In this document: piece by piece, positions 37,572 through 47,415 of the stretch
Position numbering within the stretch: the first letter of the stretch is position 1
Layout of the letters: every line of letters begins with the position of its first letter
Source: Tubulanus polymorphus
Lineage: Eukaryota > Animalia > Nemertea
DNA length: 64,000 nt
Assembly: GCF_964204645.1 (NCBI RefSeq)
Contig: NC_134029.1
Span: forward strand, 9,264,850 to 9,328,849
Reading direction: 5' to 3'
The notes under the pieces: model-generated
What the model saw: only the letters and a program-made list of their open reading frames with translations
Database searches by the model: none
Told to the model about the DNA's origin: nothing
Program-made: the position numbers and the translations under genes

Positions 37572-39420
37572 GGATTCAGATGTCAACATGATCACCCATT
37601 GCTTTCATGAATCTGCCTAGAATAGGTTGTCTTCCCTGACAAACAATGTTCAAATAATGATAACAATGCATTCATCGATGATAGCAACATGAAGACCCAC
37701 ACAGTGATGGTTTATACCAGAACACGATGACAACACCAGAAACGGCGTGTGGGTATCATGTCATCTCACAAGTTTCCACAATGTAATAATCTTGATGATG
37801 ATTGCGATACAATGAGACACTTGTTATGCCTGGATTCATTGTAGTCGTCTTCCTCCATACCAGATATACCTCTCAGTAAGAAATACAGTAGCCGTAAAAT
37901 ATGAATGTGAAAGATGTGTGGCAAATCCTGCCGATATCTTTCATTTGAGTAAACTGAAACAAACAAATTGACAAGTGGAAAAAATAAACATAATCGGCAT
38001 TTGATAATCTAGCGAATCAGAGTATTTTCTGCTTTCATCATAGATATTTTTCAGATGACAGGAAACACCTATAATTTGCGACACAGAAGCAGGTGGATAT
38101 TTTGAAGGGCAGCAAATGCTTGTACATTGACGCGACATTCAAAGTCGTCAGACAGCCATTTACCCAGCTTTTTAGCATACATTCGTTTGTCAGATCTGGG
38201 GACATCAAACCAATCCCTCTTGTATTCGTATTATTGTCTCGGAAATGAAAGAAGGACTACAAGAAAGTTTGAAGGAAAAGCTATGAAGGAGATTTTTTTG
38301 GTGACTCTACAGGTAAGAACAATTTAAATACATTCACATCGAGTTCCGAAATTTCTTGATGAATTAAACAAAATAATTTCAAGGATATTGAAATCATTTG
38401 TTTCATTTTGCTATTAGTATCAATATATTTATCATGACTCGTTAAGTCATGACAACATAAGCAATAAAATGTACAGAAAAATATGCAAAATACAAAATAT
38501 AGATAGTTATATATAAGCCCTATATGAAAAAATTATAAAAGACACTGTTCAAGTTTATCGTTTCAGGTCTACCTGACTAAATTAATTCTTTGTCTTTATT
38601 ATTCAGGTTGTAATTGATTTCGAATCAGCTTTGAGGCGAGCTTTACATTCTGTTCTACCAGATTACAGTATTCATGGATGCAGTTTTCATTGGAGGCAGG
38701 CTGTATGGCGCAATGTACACATGTATGTATCAATCATTAATTTCATCACAAATTTACTGATAGAAATTCAAAACCTGAAGTTGTTTTATTTCCCAAAACC
38801 AACCCCACTAAATGACTGGATTCTCCGTAGCGGTAAAAACTTTCATATATCAACACGATTGATGCTTGATTTCTATTGTTTCGTTTCATAATATTCTTAT
38901 TTTGCAGGGTTTAGGGTTGCAGACCGCCTATATGAATGACACGGACACGCAGAAGTTTTATTCATTAGGAAATATAGCTTTCGCTGCCATAACTGCCCGC
39001 CGAGCTGAAAACAAATGCATTTAACGGACTCTGCGGGATGCTGCGACCGAAAAGCTGCGCAAATTAACTGAATACATCCGAAACATGCTCTGATACATGG
39101 TCACCAGCATCATGGTCAGTGTATAGACGTAGCATCCGCACTAACAACGATGTCGAAGGGTGGCATACTCGTCTAAATGCACAGAAAGGACAGAAAAGGG
39201 ACAGAAAGGACAGTTAAATCTTTATTTATTGATCAGTCTTCTTTTCGGAGAAGCCGATGCAGACTCGCCAATTGAAAGATAAGAAAGTCCTCGGGCACCA
39301 GAGGGCTAAATACGCTTAGCTGCACAAGAAAAATCTGCAGATTATAAGACAGCTTCAGCAATGGGATATGATTGCACCCGACTATTGAAGAGAATAGCAC
39401 ATGACAGGGCAGTATTGCGT
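37572..39420 (+). pseudogene. Intron-containing Mutator (MULE) transposase remnant
   Basis: VVIDFESALRRALHSVLPDYSIHGCSFHWRQAVWRNV (D..CxFH motif) and WSVYRRSIRTNNDVEGWHTRLN (catalytic E motif); multiple GT-AG introns, stops and frameshifts. Confidence 0.8.
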
Positions 39421-40149
39421 TAACAATAATTGCAGTGTGTCAATGTGAACTGTTGTAGATTTTACCGCTGTGAATATCTGTGATAACGTAAATTCTAATT
39501 CTTAATAGCATGTCTTTTCTATAGAATAAATCAAGTTAAACTATTATCTCTGGGTCTTGTGTTTGCATTCTTGTTGTTCTGAATTAAACAGAAATTGAAA
39601 TGATAGGACATATATACGTACAATACAATTTTGTTTGACAAAATTGAAACCAGAATTTTTCCATGAAACCCACAAAACGAATGTAGGCACTCGAGGTCTA
39701 GGAAAGGACACATGTATTCAACATTGTTCCTCAACATGTAATCAAGTTTACAAAGCTTTAAAAGGTCTCAAATAATGATATATTCAATTTGAAAACTCAT
39801 GGGATTTTATATTGATTAACCGAATGAAATTAGAATGTTGTCTATAAGCAACTGTCCTTTTTGTTTTATCTGTAAGCAAAAAGGAAAGTTTGCAAGTCCT
39901 CCGCAATTTGCGCCTTGATCTAGCCTTATTCAACTTACCTGTTACATGCAATAGAGATAGAGTTGTGCGTGTCTCTATAGCGTAGATGGTAGTGTCAGCC
40001 CTGTAGTCCGTAGATCAAATCCCACACTGGCAATACTGCATAGATCACTGGAAATACGGCACGGATTAATGGGCTGAGTTTGTCAGTGGGCTGAGTCAGT
40101 GTAATCTGTAATCTGTAGTATAACATTGCAGTATCTGATATCGGCATAA

Positions 40150-41358
40150 CGGGAAGAGGAGAGCGCAAATTAGTTTCAATAAAATGCAGTGGCCTGACTC
40201 GGCACGTGATTCCTTTCCCGAAAAGTGTTCATGTCTAAAAGATGCAACTATCAATCGCAAGCGAAACCAAATGAAATTGTTTACGATGGAGAACATTTCG
40301 CCACTCCTACGGAACCTGATGAAAAGTCATCCACATCATGAGCTTATTGAAAATGTACTATGGATAGCAATGTCGAATCCCCTTCTCCACAATACTTTCA
40401 ACCAAATTTTTGCCTCGGGTACCTTCCCAGAAGCCTGGCATTCCGACAGTTTGCATCCCATTTTCAAAAAAGGGGATAGAAACTTGTGTTCCAACTATCG
40501 GGGCATTGCAATTAGGAGCAATCTGCGCAAACTATTCTGCAATGTGCTGCATGATAGACTATATAACTTCTCAGAATCTAATAAACTCATACCCCAGCAA
40601 CAAATCGGATTCCGCAAAGGTATGCGTACGAGCGATCACATTCTCACACTTAAATCATTCATCGACAAATACATTAATAAGATCTCCAAACAGAATATTT
40701 TCTGCTGCTTCGTAGATTTCAAAGCTGCATTCGAATCTGTCCACCATTCAGCTCTAATCTATAAACTCTCGCTTTGGCATCGGAGGGAAATTCCTTGCTT
40801 TCATCAAAAGTCTTTACTCTGAGGTCCGTTACCAAATCAACTTCCAGGGTAATACTAGTTCAGATATAAGGTCCCTTATAGGTGTTAAACAAGGGTGTGT
40901 GTTTAGACCTCTACTTTTCATGACTGATGATCTCCCTAATATTTGCAACCCGGTTACTCTGCACGACACTAGTATCAACTGCCTCCTTGACATAGATGAT
41001 CTTGTAATCATAAGTAAATCACACGAAGGCCTACTAAAGGCACTGGATAATCTGTCCTCTCATTGTGATACTTGGAGACTTACAGTTAACCTTCTGAAGA
41101 CCAAGTATAATTTCCACTTCTCTGACGCAAATAGAAATAGTCAAAAGCTATAGCTACCTTGGCATTACATTCTGCCCCTCTGGCAAATTCAACATTGCCT
41201 ATGAAACTCTATGTGATCATGCTTCGAAAGCCTTCTTTAAATTGAAAACCATTGACATCAGAAACAATTCAACCACAGCCTACAGCCTATTCAATAGCCT
41301 CATACGCCCCATCATCGGGTACTGTTGAGAGATATGGGGCTCCACCTATATCAGTAAA
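40150..41358 (+). mobile_element. LINE (non-LTR) RT pseudogene, 5' half (RTE-X/L2-like; clade uncertain)
   Basis: PIFKKGDRNLCSNYRGIAI, QIGFRKGMRTSDHILTL, FCCFVDFKAAFESV, GVKQGC..PLLF, CLLDIDDLVIIS, YC*EIWG. Confidence 0.88.
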
Positions 41359-41949
41359 ATTACAATTTTTGGAACTAAAATTTGTATTTCCGAGTAGTAC
41401 TTACCCTTTCCTATGGTTTTTGCCAATATTTTCTAAATTTGGATTTATCGCCAATGGTTTTTCTATACGACCCGGCCCTGCGGTATTGCATTTAGCCACC
41501 GGCGAAATCCGCCATCTTTTTACGTCATAGCAGACCAAAAAAAAAACAGCTATGCGGGGCAGATGGGCGGGATTCCCACCATAGGAAAGGGTAAGTACTA
41601 CTCGGAAATACAAATTTTAGTTCCAAAAATTGTAATATTTCCGTCGAGTACTGTACCCTTTCCTATGGTTTTTGCTAGACTAGCCTAGCACAAGGATGGT
41701 GGGAAAGGTAGATAGAAAAACCACCGCTCAAACCCAAGGTAAGAGGGAAAAAGAGAGCACTTACCCAAGCACGGAATGGAGCACTGTAGCACAGGGAAGA
41801 CCGGCTCGGCCACAGTGAGTCCATCCAGCTCAGGGCCCCCCCCAGAATTTTGCGAAATTAATACTTGCAGATATGAGCCCAAACTATGTACAAGGATACA
41901 CCCCCTGTGATCCTGATAATGCAACATAAATATTCTCCACTAAAGGGTC

Positions 41950-44748
41950 CTATCGGAAAGAACAGACACCTTGAGCCATGACAACAGGACCAAGTGAAGC
42001 TAATGAGCCTAACTGGCCTGAAACATCCCGTAAATAAAATGACGTGAATGTCGACGGTGAATTCCAAAAGGCGGCCCGACAGACTTCCTCCAACGGAGCA
42101 CCCGAAAAGGCTGCGCAGGAAGTAGCCATAGACCTCACTTGATGAGAAACCACTCCCTCCGAGGAAAGATTCTCCTTCAATAAAATGTCCTTGATCAGTG
42201 AAGAGACCCATCGGGCCACTGTGTCCCGCGAAATATCCCCCTTTAGGTGATCCAGCAGCGGAATAAATAACCGCTCCCGTGAACCCCTCCGTGAAGCAGA
42301 GCGATCTAAATAGAAACACAACGCCCGCACAGGACATAAAGTCCTGTACGGGATGCCCGGTTCCACTCGATGTTTTAGGGCTTCAATTCGCCATTGACGC
42401 ACAACCGAGCCTGGTCGTTGGTTCTTTGCCAAAAATTCCAAAGCAGGCCGCAGCGAAACAAATTCATTCGCTGGCCCAAAGACAATATGACCTTGTCGGA
42501 CTGAAAGCGCATGAATCTCAGAGCGACGGGCCGAGCAAGCCAAGAACAGCAAAAATACAGTCTTTTTTGACAAATTTGCAAATGACGCTGCCGAAAGAGG
42601 TTCAAATGGAGCCTCCATTAACTTCTTCAAAATTACAGACAGATCCCATGGTGGAACTGTCCTTGTTACCCGAGGCCGGGAAATAGAAAACCCTGGAACC
42701 AGCTGGGATATCCGATGATCCCCTGCTACATTTGGCCATCCAGAAGCACGCAATGTATGAGAAATCGCGGAGCGGTAACCTTTAATAGTTATGACCTGCA
42801 AACCTTTTACTACAAATAGGTGCAGTAAAAAATCTGCCAATTGAGCTACAGAGGGTGAGCATGGATCAATTTCCCCTGCAGCGCACCAATCCGCAAAATG
42901 ACTCGATTTGGCATCGTAAATGGTACTTGTTGATGGCCGCTTAGATCCTGCGATAGGCAGCCTGTTCTGAAAAGCCTGAAGCTGACAAGGATCGCTGGAC
43001 AATGGCCAGGCGAGCAGATTTAACCACTGGCTGTTTGGATGATGCCGAAAGTTCCCCTGAGACAGAAGCGATGGGAAATTCGGAAGAATCCTGGGGTTGC
43101 CGCACAGTAGGTTGAGAAGTGGTAGGAACCATTTCTGAGCCGGCCAACATGGTACTACCAGAACTATGTTGCAATTGACTGATCTCTCTATTTGATCCAG
43201 TAAGCGCGGCAGGACTGGTGTGGGCGGGAACGCATACGCATGCATCCCCGACCAGTCCAGAGAGAAGGCATCGACCCCCCACGCTTCCGCGTCTGGAAAC
43301 GGGGACACAAACAGAGGACACCTCCGATTGAAGCGGGTGGCAAACAGATCCAGCAGCGGATTGCCAAAAATGCCCCGAACCCGATCGGCTACTTCTTGGT
43401 GGAGAACCCATTCTGTCGCAATAGCCTGACCTCGACGAGACAGAGCATCGGCCATCACGTTCCTTTTCCCTGCTAAATGTGCCACAGTCAGGGACACGCC
43501 CTTTGTCTGGCACCAAAGAAGAATTTTGGCCGACAGACCTGTGAGGGTTTCTGAGTGAGTGCCCCCTTGCTTCTGAAGGTAAGCCCTCACTGTTGAATTG
43601 TCTGTGGCTAACCAAACGTGGTGGCCCTCCACTCTCCTGTGAAAGAACTTCAGGGCCTTCCACACGGCCAGCATTTCTAGGAAATTTATGTGGTTGGTGG
43701 CCCAGTAGCGAGACCATCTCCCGGCTTTGACTCGGTTCTTCAGATGTGCCCCCCATCCTTGGTGACTGGCATCCGTGAATACACGAACTGGAGCCTCTAA
43801 CGGGGCTAGTGACACCCCGAGCCGAAGATTCGTAGTTGCTGTCCACCACTGAAGATCCGGACTTAGATCGGTTGGAGGTACGGGAATCAAGGCCTCCCAG
43901 TTGCCCTTCGACTGAGACCAGAAGACCTTCCAATATTGTTGCAAGCGCCTGCTTCTGAGGCGGCCTAAGGGCACCACCAGACCCATGGAGCTGATGGAGC
44001 CTAGAAGTCGTGACCAGTAACGAGCTGTTCTCGGGTTTGTGGACACTCCCGCTACAGCTTCTTGAAGTTTGGCTACTCGAACCATAGACGGAAAGACTTT
44101 GCCGATTCGGAGATCGAAGTCCATGCCGAGATAAGTGAACTGTTGGGCCGGCGTCAACTGAGATTTTTCCCTGTTTACGCAGAACCCTAGCTGATGGACT
44201 AAGTCCAAGACTGAGGTCATTGCCTCCCGACATTCCTGAGCCGAATTCGCAACTATTAACCAGTCGTCGAGGTAAACGAACAGTCGAACACCCCTTGACT
44301 GAAGTACCTTCTGAACTGACTTGACCAACTTGGTGAAAACCCACGGGGCCGTACTGAGGCCAAATGGAAGAGACCTGAATTGGAACTGGCGGCCTTTCCA
44401 CTTTATCCTGAGAAATCGCCGAGATTTTGGGTGAATTGGAACCTGAAAGTTAGCATCTTTCAGGTCCAATGAAGCCGCCCATTGACCCGGACGGAGCCCT
44501 TGAATCACGTCCTTGGGCTTGGTCATCCGGAACCTTGGAATGTCTAGGTGCCGATTGAGGGATGACAGATCTATCACTGTCCGTTGACCCCCTGTGGCCT
44601 TTGGTACCATGAATATTCGAGAAAACCAGCCGGGAGAAGTTTCGTTGCAAACTGGTTCTATCGCTCCCTTCTCGGCCAATTCCTTGAGAGCCGGAGAGAT
44701 TAAGGCCTCCTGACCTGGTTTTGGCCGCATGTCGGGAGGTGACCTCAT
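41950..44748 (-). CDS. DIRS pol: RT - RNase H - Dam-like methyltransferase domain, in frame with tyrosine recombinase in this copy
   Basis: RT motifs SLDLKDA, LPFGLSTAPWVF, YLDDWL; RNase H motifs FTDASHQGWG, HINFLEM, TDNSTV, NVMADALSR; MT-like motifs DLFATRFN, DAFSLDW, YAFPP; YR motifs SARRSEIHAL, LCPVRAL, HQVRSMATS, FTSFY. The frame extends upstream past an in-frame TAG at 44848-44850 to PVGGCL. Confidence 0.93.
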   Translation of the reverse strand: MRSPPDMRPKPGQEALISPALKELAEKGAIEPVCNETSPGWFSRIFMVPKATGGQRTVIDLSSLNRHLDIPRFRMTKPKDVIQGLRPGQWAASLDLKDANFQVPIHPKSRRFLRIKWKGRQFQFRSLPFGLSTAPWVFTKLVKSVQKVLQSRGVRLFVYLDDWLIVANSAQECREAMTSVLDLVHQLGFCVNREKSQLTPAQQFTYLGMDFDLRIGKVFPSMVRVAKLQEAVAGVSTNPRTARYWSRLLGSISSMGLVVPLGRLRSRRLQQYWKVFWSQSKGNWEALIPVPPTDLSPDLQWWTATTNLRLGVSLAPLEAPVRVFTDASHQGWGAHLKNRVKAGRWSRYWATNHINFLEMLAVWKALKFFHRRVEGHHVWLATDNSTVRAYLQKQGGTHSETLTGLSAKILLWCQTKGVSLTVAHLAGKRNVMADALSRRGQAIATEWVLHQEVADRVRGIFGNPLLDLFATRFNRRCPLFVSPFPDAEAWGVDAFSLDWSGMHAYAFPPTPVLPRLLDQIERSVNCNIVLVVPCWPAQKWFLPLLNLLCGNPRILPNFPSLLSQGNFRHHPNSQWLNLLAWPLSSDPCQLQAFQNRLPIAGSKRPSTSTIYDAKSSHFADWCAAGEIDPCSPSVAQLADFLLHLFVVKGLQVITIKGYRSAISHTLRASGWPNVAGDHRISQLVPGFSISRPRVTRTVPPWDLSVILKKLMEAPFEPLSAASFANLSKKTVFLLFLACSARRSEIHALSVRQGHIVFGPANEFVSLRPALEFLAKNQRPGSVVRQWRIEALKHRVEPGIPYRTLCPVRALCFYLDRSASRRGSRERLFIPLLDHLKGDISRDTVARWVSSLIKDILLKENLSSEGVVSHQVRSMATSCAAFSGAPLEEVCRAAFWNSPSTFTSFYLRDVSGQLGSLASLGPVVMAQGVCSFR
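42941..44401 (-). CDS. DIRS ORF3 N-terminal extension overlapping pol in another frame, truncated by a frameshift just before the YR domain
   Basis: 486-aa stop-free Ser/Gly/Arg-rich ORF entirely overlapping pol; it ends LSASGFSEQAAYRRI*, which is the usual lead-in to the DIRS YR N-terminus (S.R.ST...Y). Confidence 0.7.
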   Translation of the reverse strand: MERPPVPIQVSSIWPQYGPVGFHQVGQVSSEGTSVKGCSTVRLPRRLVNSCEFGSGMSGGNDLSLGLSPSARVLRKQGKISVDAGPTVHLSRHGLRSPNRQSLSVYGSSSQTSRSCSGSVHKPENSSLLVTTSRLHQLHGSGGALRPPQKQALATILEGLLVSVEGQLGGLDSRTSNRSKSGSSVVDSNYESSARGVTSPVRGSSSCIHGCQSPRMGGTSEEPSQSREMVSLLGHQPHKFPRNAGRVEGPEVLSQESGGPPRLVSHRQFNSEGLPSEARGHSLRNPHRSVGQNSSLVPDKGRVPDCGTFSREKERDGRCSVSSRSGYCDRMGSPPRSSRSGSGHFWQSAAGSVCHPLQSEVSSVCVPVSRRGSVGGRCLLSGLVGDACVCVPAHTSPAALTGSNREISQLQHSSGSTMLAGSEMVPTTSQPTVRQPQDSSEFPIASVSGELSASSKQPVVKSARLAIVQRSLSASGFSEQAAYRRI

Positions 44749-44878
44749 CAGGCGCGGTCGCCTTAGGAAACGGAGACGGTAGCCACGAGAGACGACCCGG
44801 GAGGGCCAACCGTCTCCAAAGAGGTCGGACCAGTGGGTTGCTGCCTGCTACAGACAACCTCCCACTGGTCCCAAGAAT

Positions 44879-46432
44879 TCATTTCGAGTTTTTCCAAAAG
44901 GAAGAGCCCCTTTTTGGAGCCTTCCCCTTGCCTCGATACGAACCGGAACTGTTACGACCGGACGAGGCTTGACACGATTGTTGAAGTTGCGCGCTAGTTC
45001 TCCAACCGGCATCCGAAGCCGCCTGAGAAAGCGCTGAAGTTTGAGATGGTCCTGTTTGCGTCCGTGCCGAACCTTGCGCCGCCGGCGTCGGACCAGAACG
45101 CTTTTTCCACAGAGTTCGGGGGTTGGACTTGGCCTGAACCTCCCGAATCTTCCTCAGCTCTGCGGAAACCGGAGCACACCAACCGGAGAAGAGACGTGAA
45201 GACGTCCCCAATGGGGCTCTCAGCAAAGCATTGGACACCATATCCGGTAGACGAGTTTTGGAACTGGAGTCCATCACTGACTGACGGGAGGCTAACACCA
45301 GATTAGCCTGACCCCGAACCGACAACGGAATTACATGCGAAACAGACCGAGCCAAAGATTGGATAATCCGGTCCATTCCCTCCAGTTTTAGGGCAACTGA
45401 CTCTGGGTCGGAGCCCGCATGAACGGCGGCGTGAGTCTCGCGAAGCTCACCCGTCAACACCTTAAGTGCCATATCTTGAAACGAACCAACCCTGGTAAGA
45501 TTGTCCAGGATTGACGTCATGGCCACCAAACCGGACTTAGGCAAACGAATACCCGACTGTGCTGCAACAGTATCCGGGCTGATCAAAGTATAATCAGCAT
45601 CCAGGCAGTTATGACTGTGATCCACAGCACCTGGAGTTGCGTAATACGCCGAGCGAAATGCGCCTATAGGTGCATCGGTTGAACTAAAATATTTCCCAGA
45701 TTTCATACCCCGTTCTGGAGGGGGAAATGAAAATGTTCCAGGCCGACATTCACCCCATAATTGCGTATCCAATCGAGCCCATTCTCTCGAAACCGCTGAC
45801 GATTCCCGTAAAACGTTAAGATCGGAGTCCGGAGGGCGATAAGCTTCCATTGACTCACCGACCAGAGGAGCTGCTGTGGGCTTAGCGCGAGTTGCCCCGT
45901 GCTTGACAAAGAACTCACTTATCATCGCTCTAAATGGCATGTCCCCCGCTGGTTCGGATAAAACTGAACGGGACGGAGATACATTGCGAGCCAGGGAAGC
46001 CCCCATCGTCTGGGGCAACCCACAATTGCTCGCGACAGGAACGACCCCAGAAGGAATTGCCGCTTCTGGGACCGGATCCTCATTGAAATCAGACTCTACC
46101 GCAGCATCCAGGAATTCAGAGTCAGAATTCCGAAAAACTGAGTGGGCTGGCGAACTTCTAACCGGACAATCAGGAATAGGCTTACCTGTTGTAGAGGTTG
46201 CAGCGACTTGTTGCGACGAAGATAACAAGTTTAAAATTTTCTCCTCAAATACATGGAAATCCTTCTGAGTCAGGTATTTTCCAGTATCCCGACGATCATG
46301 CCGACTTCAGTGATGGTCCCTCGAACGGGATCGCGACCTACTAGAAGAATCGCTTTCATCGCTAACTGACGTCGACGAACGATGAGAAGACCGACGGCGA
46401 AACTTCCGACAATAACGATCGTAGTCCCTCAT
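44879..46432 (-). CDS. DIRS gag-like ORF1 (5' part deleted, one in-frame stop)
   Basis: 449-aa ORF (44879-46228) upstream of pol, with ANLVLASRQSVM and LLRAPLGTSSRLFSG motifs and a basic C-tail. The frame extends to an ATG at 46430-46432 with a TGA at 46307-46309. Confidence 0.8.
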
Positions 46433-46576
46433 AGTCTGAAAAGATGGCGGATTTCGCCGGTGGCTAAATGCAATACCGCAGGGCTGGGTCCTATAGAAAA
46501 ACCATTGGCGATAAATCCAAATTTAGAAAATATTGGCAAAAACCATAGGAAAGGGTACAGTACTCGACGGAAATAT

Positions 46577-47180
46577 AGACCCATCTCACTTTTACGATAT
46601 ATAACGTTAGTCGAAACGTTGCACAAATATATATTTATACTCTTCTATTCAAGTTTCTCGTTTAGGCTGAATTTATTGTGGGATTTCCGTCGTTGTCATC
46701 TTACATGGATATTGTGTATCTTCTTGTCTCATTTTACGATATATGTAACTCTCTACCCTGCCAAAATGTGTTCATCAAATTTGGCAAGTATCTACTCGGG
46801 GTAAAGAACCGCTCTGTTAATGCTGCTGTTCGCAGTGATCTTGGTCAGTTCCCTCTACTTATAACCTTCTTGCCACTTATGGTCAAATACTGGCTGCGCA
46901 TCTGTAAAATAGATGCTATTTTGTACTTCATATGCAAATCTGCTATCTCCTGTTTATTCTCCCTCAGTGGAGTCTCGAACCCTCTGGCTAACTCTTTCAA
47001 CGTGCAGTCACGCGGTGCAATCGGGTTCGAGTCCCAGCTGAGGAAGAATGTGTACATTTATTCAGGCGTTTTATATTAAATGTCTTTCTTCAATGTTTTG
47101 TCCTGTCAATTAATTGCATGTCTCAACCTATGTAAAAATGTTATATAGGCCTACTGCGCAATAATATTCATATTAATAAG
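46577..47180 (+). mobile_element. LINE 3' half (continuation after the DIRS insertion)
   Basis: Joining the flanks gives EIWGSTYISKIDPSHFYDI; downstream IKFGKYLLGVKNRSVNAAVRSDLGQFPL..VKYWLRI is a typical post-RT region. Confidence 0.8.
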
Positions 47181-47415
47181 TTCAAGTCATGTTACTGTCC
47201 CAACTTTCTGGCTGAAAATTCAAGTCAGGCTACAGTGGAGGCCTGCGTTTCGTCCTACGTAGTTTTATATGGAAGTGTCGCGACTGCCTGATACTGATCA
47301 TTAACAGCCTATTGTTTATCGGAACTTTATAGCACATAAATAAACAATTAATGCAAGGTATTTCTGTGATATTTTGATTGAAAATGAAATGAAATCGAAA
47401 TTTAAAACGAAGCTT

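Larger units (their letters stand above)
41359..46576 (-). mobile_element. DIRS1-type tyrosine-recombinase retrotransposon with complete ITR/ICR termini
   Basis: Inverted terminal repeats at about 41403-41520 and 46439-46558. The internal complementary region 41579-41675 is the reverse complement of both outer ends (41359-41415 and 46536-46576). Contains gag, RT-RNaseH-MT and YR coding regions; GC-rich relative to its flanks. Confidence 0.96.

Noticed and set aside
41252-41613. ORFs sharing RWRISPVAKCNTAG / YPFLWFLPIFSKFG with ORFs at 46382-46804
   Set aside because: Translations of the non-coding DIRS inverted terminal repeats.
41950-44748. Prokaryotic retron, DGR or phage integrase system suggested by RT plus methylase plus tyrosine recombinase
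   Set aside because: The domain order, gag ORF, ITR/ICR structure and spliceosomal-intron surroundings identify a eukaryotic DIRS1 retrotransposon.
42279-46268. Plus-strand ORFs within the DIRS element (e.g. 42279-42686, 45876-46268)
   Set aside because: Antisense shadows of GC-rich coding sequence with no motifs.
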